This document shows, in pieces, positions 7,352-17,391 of a DNA stretch of 64,000 nt. Source of the DNA: a candidate division FCPU426 bacterium (lineage in GTDB: Bacteria; Oederibacteriota; Muellerivitia; Muellerivitales; Muellerivitaceae). A program made the translations under genes and the position numbers. Every line of letters begins with the position of its first letter. The stretch's first letter is position 1. Location: the NCBI GenBank assembly GCA_003136635.1, contig PLFD01000055.1, forward strand, positions 346-64,345, read 5' to 3'. A model generated the notes under the pieces. The model worked only from the letters and a program-made list of their open reading frames with translations, did no database searches and was not told the DNA's origin.

Positions 7352-8575
7352 ATGAAGCGTTGGAGTATCGCCCTATTTTTAATTCTTTTAACAACGGGAG
7401 TGGCTTTTGCCGCTCCCAAAACTGCGGCTGAGTATTTAGCGGCGGCCGCTCAACTCTATAGCGCTAAAGATTATCAAGGCGCGGCTTACAGTTATGAAGC
7501 GGGGTTGGTATTGGACCCTAATAATGCCGGTGGTTATCAGGGTCTGGGTGATTGTTACTATTATTTGGGACGTCAAACCGACGCGATGATGGCCTATCAA
7601 AAGTCTTTGGCTTTGAATCCCAGTAATCCCAAGTTGACCGATTTTATTAAAACTTTTAAGCCGCAGGACGCCGCAGGCGCGAGTGATGGAACTACAATAA
7701 CTATGTTTTCCCAGATGCAAGCCACACCGGTGATTGACTACAGCAATACGAATTCAGAACCATCAACTGTTAAGTCAAAACCGGAAGTCAAATTCGCGAT
7801 CGATAAAAGTACGTGGATTCGTTTTTCTGCCGGCTATGACTTTGCCCTTTTGAGTGATTTTAACAACGGAGTTAACGCTCAGCAGACGCTATTGGACTCC
7901 AATCCCAATTCCACAACAGCTACGACTACCAGTACGGGTAGCAATGGGTTTCGCGCCGGGGGTGAATTTGGTGTGGATTTGGATCAAGGAAATGGTTTTT
8001 CCATTAGTTTTGAAAATGTCTGGACCCAGGGCATTAGCTATAACAATAACGAAACACAAACGCTGGTTGACAGCTCGGGTACTACGGTTCTTGCCCCTCA
8101 AAGCGAGTCTTTTCAACCGAGTTTATTCAACGTTTCGCTGAACTATTACGCCTATCTTCCGGCTGGCAAAGGCTCGAGAGCTTATTTCACCGTAGGCGGC
8201 GGTTATTATCAGGCGACGGTTGGTTTTGTGGGTGTGGACCCGACTCTTTCGCCAACTAATGAAAATGGTACTTTTACAGACAGCGCTTTTGGATGGACAT
8301 TCGGCTTTGGAGATACTTTAGCGGTTGGAAATTCTTTCGGACTCACCCTTTCAGCGCGGGGACGAATTGTCGCGTTTAATCAAATGACAACGACCTCGGT
8401 TAACAATTCAACCAATTCAGGACCCTATGCCATTGTGATTGATAATTCGACTTCTACCACCGCCGGGACGATTAATGTCACTCCCGTTTCAAATATAAAC
8501 GCCACGAGTTATCGCTACGCGGTGCTGGATTACACGGGTTTCGACGCGGATTTATCGTTTGCTTTTTATTTTTGA
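7352..8575 (+). CDS. secreted TPR-repeat protein fused to a predicted outer-membrane beta-barrel
   Basis: Signal peptide (LLTTGVAFA-AP), two or three TPR-like repeats, then a Thr/Ser/Asn/Gly-rich alternating region ending in FAFYF (OMP-type C-terminal Phe). Confidence 0.55.
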   Translation: MKRWSIALFLILLTTGVAFAAPKTAAEYLAAAAQLYSAKDYQGAAYSYEAGLVLDPNNAGGYQGLGDCYYYLGRQTDAMMAYQKSLALNPSNPKLTDFIKTFKPQDAAGASDGTTITMFSQMQATPVIDYSNTNSEPSTVKSKPEVKFAIDKSTWIRFSAGYDFALLSDFNNGVNAQQTLLDSNPNSTTATTTSTGSNGFRAGGEFGVDLDQGNGFSISFENVWTQGISYNNNETQTLVDSSGTTVLAPQSESFQPSLFNVSLNYYAYLPAGKGSRAYFTVGGGYYQATVGFVGVDPTLSPTNENGTFTDSAFGWTFGFGDTLAVGNSFGLTLSARGRIVAFNQMTTTSVNNSTNSGPYAIVIDNSTSTTAGTINVTPVSNINATSYRYAVLDYTGFDADLSFAFYF

Positions 8576-8589
8576 AATTGGAGAAATAG

Positions 8590-9237
8590 ATGCCCATTAG
8601 AAAGCGAAACGCATTTGGAATCGGTTTGATTCTTGTGTTATCTGTTTGCCTCAGTTCCTGCGGTAAAAAAGAAAATATCGATTGGGTTACCTATCACAGT
8701 TTGGACAAGCTTTTTACAATCGATTATCCGCCCACTTGGGAACATTCTTTGGACGGCCATGTTTTTAATATTACTCCACCCGATAAAACGGGGTTGGTGG
8801 CCGTTTCGGGTTATATAGATCCCGGAACCACCTTCGACGAAAAGGCGTTTAAAGCCATGGTCATGCTGGATTTTGTGGAATGCCGTGTGAAAGAACCGTT
8901 TAAAGCCGTAACCGGACACGAATGGATAGGTGAGGACGCGCTTTATGAAAGAACTATTAACGGTCAAAAATTCATTTATCTATTCCGGGTGGCGCATCGC
9001 GGACAAGTGGGGGCTTTTATCGCGGTGAGCGATTTGGAAATTCACATGAAAGCCAACATGGGGAACTATAAGCAAATCATGGATTCACTGGTTATTTTGG
9101 ATGATCCGACAAAACCGGAAGACCTGAGCAGGACAACGCCTGTGGTAGAAAAAATAAAACCATGGCAGGAAAAGTTGATCGATTGGATCCGGTCAACCGA
9201 GAAAAAAGAAGACAAAAAAAGTTATTACAGTAATTAA
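8590..9237 (+). CDS. lipoprotein of unknown function
   Basis: Lipobox LSSC-GKK after a hydrophobic leader. Lys/Glu-rich tail. Confidence 0.55.
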   Translation: MPIRKRNAFGIGLILVLSVCLSSCGKKENIDWVTYHSLDKLFTIDYPPTWEHSLDGHVFNITPPDKTGLVAVSGYIDPGTTFDEKAFKAMVMLDFVECRVKEPFKAVTGHEWIGEDALYERTINGQKFIYLFRVAHRGQVGAFIAVSDLEIHMKANMGNYKQIMDSLVILDDPTKPEDLSRTTPVVEKIKPWQEKLIDWIRSTEKKEDKKSYYSN

Positions 9238-9255
9238 AGCGATTAAGCGCGAAAA

Positions 9256-10611
9256 GTGAATTACCAAAAACTCTCTCAAAAAGACAAAAAATATCTTTGG
9301 CATCCCTTCACCCAGCAGCAAGAATGGATAGCGGATAAAGATATTACGATCATTACCAAGGGCAAAGGCACTTTTCTTTACGACGCGAAGGGTAAAAAAT
9401 ACCTGGATGGAGTTTCTTCTCTCTGGTGCAACGTTCACGGACATCAAGTGCCCGAAATCGACAGAGCCATTCAAAAACAGCTCAAGAAAATAGCCCATTC
9501 GACACTGTTGGGCGCTTCCAACGAACCCGCCATTTTACTGGCTGAAAAGCTGGTTAAATTGGCTCCCAAGGGATTGACCCGGGTCTTTTATTCGGACTCG
9601 GGTTCGGAAGCCAATGAAATCGCGGCCAAGATGGCTTTTCAATATTGGCAACAGAAAAAACCCGCAAAACCCAAGAAGAATTTGTTTTTGACCGTGCGGG
9701 AAGGCTATCACGGCGACACCATTGGTTCGGTCAGTCTGGGTGGCGTGGATCTTTTTCACCAAATTTTTGGACCCATGTTATTTAAGACGCTTAAAGTAAA
9801 AAGTCCGCATGATTATTCCAGCCGGAAAGTATCCAATACTCAATGGCTGAAAGATTGCGTAAAAGAAGCAGAAGCGGTTTTTAAAAAGTATGGTTCTCGA
9901 CTTGCGGCGGTTCACATGGAACCGCTTATGGAAGGGGCTGGAGGTATGCTGGCCCATCCCTGGGGTTACTTAAAAGCGATCCGCCGGTTATGCGACAAGT
10001 ATGAGGTTCTTTTAATTCTGGATGAGGTGGCGACGGGTTTTGGCCGTACGGGAACACTGTTTGCCTGTGAACAAGAGGGAGTTAGGCCTGATATTCTTTG
10101 TCTGGCAAAAAACCTGACAGGGGGCTATTTACCTTTAGCCGCGACCCTAACGACGGAAAAAGTTTATAAAGCCTTTCTGGGGGCTTTTGAATCCACTCGA
10201 ACTTTTTATCATGGACACACCTTTACGGGTAATCAGCTTGCCTGCGCGGCGGCTTTAGCCAATTTAGAGTTGATGGAAAAAGAAGAGTTTCTGGCCAACA
10301 TTGAAAAAAGCAGTCAGATGCTGCAAGAGTTTTTAGAACCTATTGTCGCCCATCCGCATGTGGCTGATGTTCGTCTGCGGGGCATGATGGGGGGCATTGA
10401 ATTGGTCAAAGATAAAACGCATGATATTCCCTATGGGTATGGTGAAAAGATGGGATATAGAGTTTGCGCCGAAGCCAAAAAATTGGGAGTTCTTATCCGG
10501 CCCCTGGGTAATGTGATTGTGTTGATGCCGCCTTTGGCGATCACCCGCAAAAACCTGATGCGGCTTATTGAGGTCATTTCCCTGAGCATTCATCGCGCGA
10601 CGAAGGATTAA
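9256..10611 (+). CDS. bioA: adenosylmethionine-8-amino-7-oxononanoate aminotransferase
   Basis: Class III aminotransferase with LWHPFTQ and DEVATGFGRTG, 451 aa. GTG start. Confidence 0.9.
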   Translation: MNYQKLSQKDKKYLWHPFTQQQEWIADKDITIITKGKGTFLYDAKGKKYLDGVSSLWCNVHGHQVPEIDRAIQKQLKKIAHSTLLGASNEPAILLAEKLVKLAPKGLTRVFYSDSGSEANEIAAKMAFQYWQQKKPAKPKKNLFLTVREGYHGDTIGSVSLGGVDLFHQIFGPMLFKTLKVKSPHDYSSRKVSNTQWLKDCVKEAEAVFKKYGSRLAAVHMEPLMEGAGGMLAHPWGYLKAIRRLCDKYEVLLILDEVATGFGRTGTLFACEQEGVRPDILCLAKNLTGGYLPLAATLTTEKVYKAFLGAFESTRTFYHGHTFTGNQLACAAALANLELMEKEEFLANIEKSSQMLQEFLEPIVAHPHVADVRLRGMMGGIELVKDKTHDIPYGYGEKMGYRVCAEAKKLGVLIRPLGNVIVLMPPLAITRKNLMRLIEVISLSIHRATKD

Positions 10612-10616
10612 CGACT

Positions 10617-10820
10617 ATGGCTCTTTTTGAAATTTGCAAACACGCTGACCACGACGCCCGGATGCTTTTGACCACTTCCTGGAAAGATCAGGAAGGGGAA
10701 AGAACCCAGGTTTGGCGCTGTGAAGAATGCAAAGCGATAAAGGTGACGACCACTTTTGATCCGGTGGAAGACATTCGGAAAATGCCGCCTGATCAGCTTC
10801 CCAAAACGCCATTTGGTTGA
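10617..10820 (+). CDS. small hypothetical protein with CxH...CxxC
   Basis: 67-aa ORF 6 nt after bioA. No recognisable family. Confidence 0.3.
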   Translation: MALFEICKHADHDARMLLTTSWKDQEGERTQVWRCEECKAIKVTTTFDPVEDIRKMPPDQLPKTPFG

Positions 10821-10914
10821 AAAGTTACCTTTTCTTATAGCGATTCACTTCTAAAAACCTTTTGTTTGCCCCTGGTTTCAACCAAGAGATGGTTATGTTA
10901 GAGTACCCGCACTT

Positions 10915-12324
10915 ATGAGCCTCAAAACTATCAATAAATCAGCCAAAACTGTCGCCGTGATTAGCTTGGGTTGCCCGAAAAATACCGTCGATTCCGAGGT
11001 AATGCTGGGCAAACTGGCTAAAGACCACTACATATTGGTCAAAGACCCGGCGGAAGCCGAAGTGGTTATTGTGAACACCTGCGGTTTTATCGAGGCCTCT
11101 AAAAAAGAATCCATTGATACCATTCTTGATGTGGCAAAGCTTCGCAAAAGCGGCAATTTAAAATCGCTGGTGGTGGGTGGTTGTTTGGCCCACCGTTATG
11201 GTGATGATCTGAAAAAAGAATTGCCTGAAATCGACATTCTCTTTGGCTTGAACGACGTTGAAAATGTGGCTCAGCAAATTAAAGGTGTTGCCTCACCCAA
11301 ACTTCCCTGGCAGACCGGCGAACACCATCACGAAGAAGACCTCAAGCCGATGCTGCCGAATTCTTTAAACGAAGCCACGTATGTTTACGACGCCTCATCG
11401 CCCCGGCTTTTATCCACCCCCGGTCATTTCGCTTATGTGAAAATTTCCGAGGGCTGCGACTTGCCCTGTACCTTCTGCATCATCCCCAAAATTCGGGGAC
11501 ACTATCGAAGCCGTTCCATCGAGGACATTGAACAAGAAGCCAAAAATTTAGCCGCCCAAGGGGTGAAGGAACTTTGCCTGGTGGCGCAGGATAGTACTTG
11601 GTACGGGTCGGATCGTTATGGCCGTCCTCAGATTGCCCAATTGCTGGACCGTTTGGCCCAAGTAGAGGGCATTGAGTGGGTTCGGTTGCATTACTTATAC
11701 CCAAGCCGAGTAACAGATGAAATGCTGGATGTGATGGCCAAGTATCCCCGAATTACACCCTATTTCGACGTGCCGCTACAGCATGCCAGCAATCGTATTT
11801 TGAAATCCATGCAGCGTATTGGCGACAGGGCTTTGTTGGATAAGCTGATCTCTCGGATTAGGAACAAGATTCCAAACGCGTCTATTCGTTCAACTTTCAT
11901 TGTGGGTTTTCCCGGAGAGACCGATGAAGACTTTAATGAACTTTTGGATTTCTTGAAAACGTCCCAGATGGATTATGTGGGGTTTTTTGCCTATTCGCAG
12001 GAAGAAAACACGCCGGCTGGTTTGATGGAAAATCAGGTTCCTGAAAAAGTAAAACAAGCCCGTTTAGCCGAAGCCTACCGGGTACAGGAATCTGTCGCTG
12101 AAAAATCGCATCAACGCTGGGTAGGGGAAACTTTAACCGCGGTAGTTGAAACGGTCGAAAACGGGGAAGTGCAGGGCAGAACCAAATACCAGGCGCCCGA
12201 AGTGGATGGTGTTGTATTGATAGAAGGTCTTCAAAACCCTCAAGTGGGGCAATGGGTGAAGGTTGAAATAACCCACGGGTTTCAACAGGATTTGGTTGGT
12301 AAAGCTGTTTCGCAAGGGTTGTAA
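10915..12324 (+). CDS. rimO: ribosomal protein S12 methylthiotransferase
   Basis: LGCPKNTVDSE N-terminus, radical-SAM CDLPCTFCIIP, and a C-terminal TRAM-like domain. Confidence 0.85.
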   Translation: MSLKTINKSAKTVAVISLGCPKNTVDSEVMLGKLAKDHYILVKDPAEAEVVIVNTCGFIEASKKESIDTILDVAKLRKSGNLKSLVVGGCLAHRYGDDLKKELPEIDILFGLNDVENVAQQIKGVASPKLPWQTGEHHHEEDLKPMLPNSLNEATYVYDASSPRLLSTPGHFAYVKISEGCDLPCTFCIIPKIRGHYRSRSIEDIEQEAKNLAAQGVKELCLVAQDSTWYGSDRYGRPQIAQLLDRLAQVEGIEWVRLHYLYPSRVTDEMLDVMAKYPRITPYFDVPLQHASNRILKSMQRIGDRALLDKLISRIRNKIPNASIRSTFIVGFPGETDEDFNELLDFLKTSQMDYVGFFAYSQEENTPAGLMENQVPEKVKQARLAEAYRVQESVAEKSHQRWVGETLTAVVETVENGEVQGRTKYQAPEVDGVVLIEGLQNPQVGQWVKVEITHGFQQDLVGKAVSQGL

Positions 12325-12326
12325 AA

Positions 12327-12965
12327 ATGGGACCGAAAACTCAAAAGGCGTCCCGCTGGAACAGCGCCAACATCGTTACTCTTTCCCGAATAGTTGTTAC
12401 ACCGCTTTATCTCATTTGTATTTTCAGACCGGAACTTTGGGCCAAGTGGACGGCGGGCCTATTGTTTGCCTGGGGAGCGATTAGCGATTATTTGGATGGA
12501 TATCTAGCCCGCAAATACAATCTCAAGACAAGTTTCGGCGCTTTGATGGATCCGCTAGCGGACAAGATTCTGATCCTTTCGGTATTTGTTTCTTTCATTC
12601 AACTCAATCTGGTGCCTACCTGGATGGTGGTTATTATCGCCGCTCGTGAGTTTCTCATTACGGGTTTACGCCAGATAGCGGAAAGCCGGGGAGTCGTCAT
12701 CGCGGCAAGCCGGGGTGGAAAGCATAAAACTATTTCCCAAATTGTGGCAATTTCAGTAATTTTGGCCATTCTTTGCGCCAGAGCAACCGCTGCCGCCTAT
12801 CAGGTTAATTGGGATGTCATGATTAATAACTTAGGATTATGGGGGCCGTGGCTGAACGGGTTTATTGATTACGGACCCTACTGGTTGATGTTTTACGCGA
12901 CTTGTATGTCGGTCTGGTCGGGTGTCGATTATTTTGTTCGAAATCGGAATGTGATTACAGGATAA
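12327..12965 (+). CDS. pgsA: CDP-diacylglycerol--glycerol-3-phosphate 3-phosphatidyltransferase
   Basis: CDP-alcohol phosphatidyltransferase motif DYLDGYLAR...G...DPLADK. Multi-pass membrane protein. Confidence 0.85.
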   Translation: MGPKTQKASRWNSANIVTLSRIVVTPLYLICIFRPELWAKWTAGLLFAWGAISDYLDGYLARKYNLKTSFGALMDPLADKILILSVFVSFIQLNLVPTWMVVIIAAREFLITGLRQIAESRGVVIAASRGGKHKTISQIVAISVILAILCARATAAAYQVNWDVMINNLGLWGPWLNGFIDYGPYWLMFYATCMSVWSGVDYFVRNRNVITG

Positions 12966-12967
12966 AG

Positions 12968-13429
12968 ATGAAACAGATCAATTTTTTAATCGCGACTTTT
13001 TTTGGTATTGGGAAATTACCCATGGCGCCCGGAACTTGGGCGTCTTTGGCGGCGGCGCCCTTCTTTTGGTTTTTGATTGAAAAACCTCTTTGGCAATTTG
13101 GTCTCATTTTGATTGCAGTTTATTTTGTGGGCGTCTATACCTCGGGCCAGTACGAAAAGCAAATTGGAGAAAAAGACCCTTCCAGCGCGGTCATTGATGA
13201 AGTGTTGGGAGTTGGTGTGGCCATGTTTAACATACCGGGCCAATGGTATTACGCGGTGATGGCGGTTGTTCTTTTCAGACTTTTTGATATTTGGAAACCC
13301 TATCCCATACACCGTCTGGAAAAACTTCCGGCGGGTTGGGGCATTATGACGGATGATCTTCTGGCGGGAGTTTACGCGAATGTTTGGATTCAAGTAGGCG
13401 TTTATGTTGTTAATAATGTTTTGAAATAA
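12968..13429 (+). CDS. pgpA: phosphatidylglycerophosphatase A
   Basis: FFGIGKLPMAPGTWASL and IDEVLG motifs. Start moved to ATG 12968, right after the pgsA stop. Confidence 0.8.
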   Translation: MKQINFLIATFFGIGKLPMAPGTWASLAAAPFFWFLIEKPLWQFGLILIAVYFVGVYTSGQYEKQIGEKDPSSAVIDEVLGVGVAMFNIPGQWYYAVMAVVLFRLFDIWKPYPIHRLEKLPAGWGIMTDDLLAGVYANVWIQVGVYVVNNVLK

Positions 13430-13439
13430 AGGGATAACG

Positions 13440-14693
13440 ATGAACGCCGAAATTGTGGCGATTGGGACAGAACTTTTATTGGGCCAAAACGTGGATACCA
13501 ATTCGGCGTGGCTGGCCCAACAACTGGCACTGCTGGGCGTGGATGTTTATGGTTTTCAACAAGTCGGCGACAACGAAAAACGGATGGAAGCGGCCATGAA
13601 AGGCGCCTGTGAAAGAAGCCAGGTTGTTATTACGACAGGAGGCCTGGGGCCGACAGTCGATGACCTGACCCGTAAAGTGGCGGCCAAGGTCGGCCAAAAG
13701 ACGCTGGTCTATTACGAAAATCTCGCCAAGGCCATGGAAGCCAAATTTTTTAGAAGCGGCAAACTTTTTCCCCAATCCAATTTAAATCAGGCCTTTATTC
13801 CGCAGGGCGCCACCCTGATCCCCAATCCAGTGGGAACAGCTCCCGGATTTATTTTAAAGATCGACAAAACCTATTTGGTAACACTTCCGGGTGTGCCGTC
13901 TGAAATGAAAGCCATGTTTGAGCAAACAGTGAAGCCTTTTTTAAAGGGATTGGAACCAGCGACAAGCATTATTAAATCCCGGGTTTATCGGACTACGGGT
14001 ATGTCTGAATCGAGACTTAATGAAAAAATAGCGGATATTTTTGAAAGCTCCAAAAATCCGACTATCGGGGTTTTGGCTCATCCCGAAGGAGTAGATATTC
14101 GGCTGACCGCTAAGGCGACCAATGGGGAAGAAACGGATAAGTTGATCGACGCGTTGGGCAAAATTTTGCTGACAAGGCTGCCCAATAATATTTACGGCTT
14201 GGACAAAGATGAGTTAGAGAGCATTGTGGGACAAATGCTGACGACCCGACATATGACTTTAGCGACAGCCGAATCCTGCACGGGAGGGCTTATCAGCCGC
14301 CGCATTACTCAAGTTTCAGGTTCTTCCACCTATTTTTTGAGGGGTTATGTGGTTTACAGCAACGAGTCCAAAAGCGACATGCTTAAAGTTGACCCCAAAA
14401 TGATTAAAAATAAAGGCGCGGTCAGCGCTGAGGTGGCGGAAGTTTTGGCCGTAAATGCCAGAACTCAAAGCGCCGCGTCGGTGGCGATATCCACTACCGG
14501 AATTGCGGGACCCACCGGCGGGACTGAGGAAAAACCAGTAGGTTTGGTTTATATTGGCCTGTCGGACGATCAAACTACGCATACTTTTAAATTTCAGTTT
14601 ACTGGCGACAGAGAAGTGGTGCAGTTGAAGGCAAGTCAAGCGGCGCTGGAAATACTACGCCGGCATTGTTTGGGTTTGTCTTTAACGGATTAG
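13440..14693 (+). CDS. cinA: CinA-family competence/damage-inducible protein (MoCF-binding plus nicotinamide-nucleotide amidase domains)
   Basis: MNAEIVAIGTELLLGQNVDTNSAWL N-terminus and a C-terminal ESCTGG PncC-type domain. Confidence 0.85.
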   Translation: MNAEIVAIGTELLLGQNVDTNSAWLAQQLALLGVDVYGFQQVGDNEKRMEAAMKGACERSQVVITTGGLGPTVDDLTRKVAAKVGQKTLVYYENLAKAMEAKFFRSGKLFPQSNLNQAFIPQGATLIPNPVGTAPGFILKIDKTYLVTLPGVPSEMKAMFEQTVKPFLKGLEPATSIIKSRVYRTTGMSESRLNEKIADIFESSKNPTIGVLAHPEGVDIRLTAKATNGEETDKLIDALGKILLTRLPNNIYGLDKDELESIVGQMLTTRHMTLATAESCTGGLISRRITQVSGSSTYFLRGYVVYSNESKSDMLKVDPKMIKNKGAVSAEVAEVLAVNARTQSAASVAISTTGIAGPTGGTEEKPVGLVYIGLSDDQTTHTFKFQFTGDREVVQLKASQAALEILRRHCLGLSLTD

Positions 14694-14725
14694 TTAATGG
14701 CTGTTTTATTTTATAAGGGGAGGTC

Positions 14726-15223
14726 ATGATGAAAAATCTAAAACTGGATTTAGGATTCGCGCTGGCGGCGGTTCTTTTGATGCTGATGCCTTCTTCTGTC
14801 AAAGCCGGAGACAGTTCGCCCATTTTAGGCGGCGGTAATTTTGGTTTGGGTTTGGAGTTGGGTGATCCCGGGGCCTGGGGCGCTTCGGGAAAAATATGGG
14901 TGAATCACGACATGGCTTTTCAACCAGCCATCAAACTGGGTGAAGGAAACACACTTTTGCAATTGGATTACCTTTTTCATGATTACGGGATTGCGCATCC
15001 ACAACATGGATTAATGCCGCTTTATTTGGGTTTTGGCGGTGACTTATCTTTGCAAGGCACGGTTACGATTGGGGCGAGAGGTGTGGCCGGTATTTCTTAT
15101 ATGTTTGATCAAGCCAATGTGCCGGTCGATATTTTTATTCAAATAGCACCGACTCTTTGGTTTTACACTTCGGGAACTCAGTTTGATGTTTATGGCGAAC
15201 TGGGCGCGCATTACTACTTCTAA
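14726..15223 (+). CDS. small secreted beta-barrel-like protein
   Basis: Signal peptide, Gly-rich alternating pattern, C-terminal HYYF. Confidence 0.45.
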   Translation: MMKNLKLDLGFALAAVLLMLMPSSVKAGDSSPILGGGNFGLGLELGDPGAWGASGKIWVNHDMAFQPAIKLGEGNTLLQLDYLFHDYGIAHPQHGLMPLYLGFGGDLSLQGTVTIGARGVAGISYMFDQANVPVDIFIQIAPTLWFYTSGTQFDVYGELGAHYYF

Positions 15224-15244
15224 TTAAAAGATAAGGGAATAAGA

Positions 15245-16390
15245 ATGACTTCCAAAACTAAAGCGGCTTCGCCAGACCTGATGATGTACGCGGCCAGCGA
15301 ATACGATTCCAACCTTTATTACGCCGTGAAATTTGTCGTGCCGGACCCCTTTCCCTTTTTTCAAATTAAAGGCAAAAAAATCATCTTAATGAGCGACCTG
15401 GAGCTTGGCCGTTCGCAAAAGCAAGCCAAGGTGGATGAGATTGTTTCTTATTCCGATATTCAGGTAAAAACCCAAAAGTCCGGTATTGAAAAGCCCGGCG
15501 TAGCGGATGTGACAGCCTTCTTTTTAAAGAGCAAGGGGGTTCATAAAATCCAAGTACCTTACAATTTTAATTTGGGATTGGCCGATGCCTTGCGCCTGCG
15601 GGGTATCGAGATTGAAAGTAAAGCAGACCCATTTTTTCAAGAACGGGTTTATAAATCCGATGAAGAAGTAAAAATGATTACGGATTCGCTCCGACATACC
15701 GAGGCAGCCATTCACAAAGCCGAAAATCTGCTAAAAAAATCAAAAATTGTCGGTAAGAAAATTGTCTATCAAGGACAAGTAGTCACCTCTGAATTACTGA
15801 AAAAGGTAATCAACGTTTCCATGATGGAAAATAACTGTATTGGCAGTCATACCATTGTGGCCAGCGGAGACCTGGGCACGGATCCGCATAACGAGGGTAC
15901 CGGCACGGTTTGGGCTCATCAATCCCTGATTGTGGACGTGTTTCCCCGTTCGGGAGATACCTTTTATTATGCTGATATTACCCGCACTTTCGTGAAGGGG
16001 AAGGCATCGCCTGCCCTGAAAGCCCAGTATGAAGCGGTTCAACGAGCCCAGGAAAAGGGTATCGCGATGGTGGCACCAGGAATGAATGGGCGGTTGGTTC
16101 ATCAAGCGATTCAGCAAGATATGGAAAGTTACGGCTATAAAACCGAGCGCCGCAACGGGGTAGCGGTCGGTTTTTTCCACGGTACAGGACATGGATTGGG
16201 TCTGGATGTACATGAGGCGCCGCGGGTGAATTCATCCGACCACATTCTTAAAAAAGGTGAAGTTGTTACGGTTGAGCCGGGACTTTATTACCCGGGTGTG
16301 GGGGCGGTCCGCATTGAAGACCTTTTGGTGGTAACCGATAAAGGCCATCGTAATTTAACGGTTTATCCTAAAAAACTAGAAATTGCCTGA
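15245..16390 (+). CDS. M24-family Xaa-Pro aminopeptidase/dipeptidase
   Basis: HGTGHGLGLDVHE, VEPGLY and IED metal-ligand blocks. Confidence 0.85.
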   Translation: MTSKTKAASPDLMMYAASEYDSNLYYAVKFVVPDPFPFFQIKGKKIILMSDLELGRSQKQAKVDEIVSYSDIQVKTQKSGIEKPGVADVTAFFLKSKGVHKIQVPYNFNLGLADALRLRGIEIESKADPFFQERVYKSDEEVKMITDSLRHTEAAIHKAENLLKKSKIVGKKIVYQGQVVTSELLKKVINVSMMENNCIGSHTIVASGDLGTDPHNEGTGTVWAHQSLIVDVFPRSGDTFYYADITRTFVKGKASPALKAQYEAVQRAQEKGIAMVAPGMNGRLVHQAIQQDMESYGYKTERRNGVAVGFFHGTGHGLGLDVHEAPRVNSSDHILKKGEVVTVEPGLYYPGVGAVRIEDLLVVTDKGHRNLTVYPKKLEIA

Positions 16391-17257
16391 GTGCTTTCTT
16401 TGGAATCATTCGATCAAACCAATTTAGATTTTAAAAACTATATCGGCCGTTTGGACATTAAATGGGATTTGTTCGATGGGGTTCTTCTTATCGCCCGTCA
16501 ACAATATCCAAGGCTGAATCAGGAAAAGTATAAAAATCTTGTCCAAAGCATGACGCAGCAGGCGATTGAACGCCTTTCTTCAACCACATCCAAGATTGAA
16601 AAAATCAACGCATTGAACCAGTTTTTCTTTAAAGAGATGGGGTTTCACGGCAATGACAAAGATTATTTTGATCCCCGCAACAGCTATATTTCAGACGTGT
16701 TAGACCGAAAAGAAGGCATACCCATTTCGCTAGCCACGCTTTATCTGGTTTTGGGCTGGGCGTCGGGATGTAAACTCCATGGAATTAATTTTCCAGGACA
16801 TTTTCTGGTGGAATGGAGGGAGTCAACTCAAGATTCATCCCAAAACTTATATATTGATGTATTTAACGCAGGGAAGATTCTGACCCTTAAGGATATTCAG
16901 GAACGGCTCAATCATAATCTGGGTAGTGAGCAAAAGTTGGAGCCAGCCTTTCATCTTCAGTCTGCCGGCATTCGAGGCATCTTGCACCGCACTCTAAACA
17001 ACTTAAAAGTCATTCACGCTTCCCAGGGGCTGACAGATCGTGCTCTTTGGGAAACGGAATGGATGCTCCTTTTAAAATCGAACGATTGGAACAGTCTGAG
17101 GGATAAAGGACTTTTTTCCTATTCCCTGGGCCGTTATGAAGTCGCACAGCAGTGTTTGGAAACTTATTTGGAAAAAACCGGCAAGCCAGCGGATTACGCT
17201 CAAGTCTGGCAGGTGCTGTACGCTATGAAGGCACGTAACACTATTAATTTGAATTAA
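16391..17257 (+). CDS. SirB1/transglutaminase-like family protein with a TPR-like C-terminus
   Basis: DYFDPRNSYISDVLDRKEGIPISLATLYL...INFPGHFLV block typical of the SirB1 (UPF0162) family. GTG start. Confidence 0.6.
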   Translation: MLSLESFDQTNLDFKNYIGRLDIKWDLFDGVLLIARQQYPRLNQEKYKNLVQSMTQQAIERLSSTTSKIEKINALNQFFFKEMGFHGNDKDYFDPRNSYISDVLDRKEGIPISLATLYLVLGWASGCKLHGINFPGHFLVEWRESTQDSSQNLYIDVFNAGKILTLKDIQERLNHNLGSEQKLEPAFHLQSAGIRGILHRTLNNLKVIHASQGLTDRALWETEWMLLLKSNDWNSLRDKGLFSYSLGRYEVAQQCLETYLEKTGKPADYAQVWQVLYAMKARNTINLN

Positions 17258-17297
17258 TCCGATCCTTAGTCGTAGTTTTGCTCTCAGGGAAGATTCA

Positions 17298-17322
17298 TTC
17301 CAAAACTGTATGAAATGACCAA
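17298..17322 (+). promoter_or_regulatory. upstream dyad element TTCAT-N11-ATGAA (candidate enhancer-binding-protein site), copy 1
   Basis: TTCCAAAACTGTAyGAAAyrACCAA is shared with 22163..22187. In both copies it lies exactly 94 nt upstream of a sigma-54 promoter. Confidence 0.55.
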
Positions 17323-17391
17323 CATCTGGACCTAGTTTGTCGACTTCTTTTTCAAAAGCTCTGATTTCCCTTTAAATTCAACAAAAACTCT

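Noticed and set aside
13016-13501. 161-aa ORF antisense to pgpA
   Set aside because: It is fully antisense to a well-supported gene, and its Arg/Asn-rich composition is typical of shadow ORFs.
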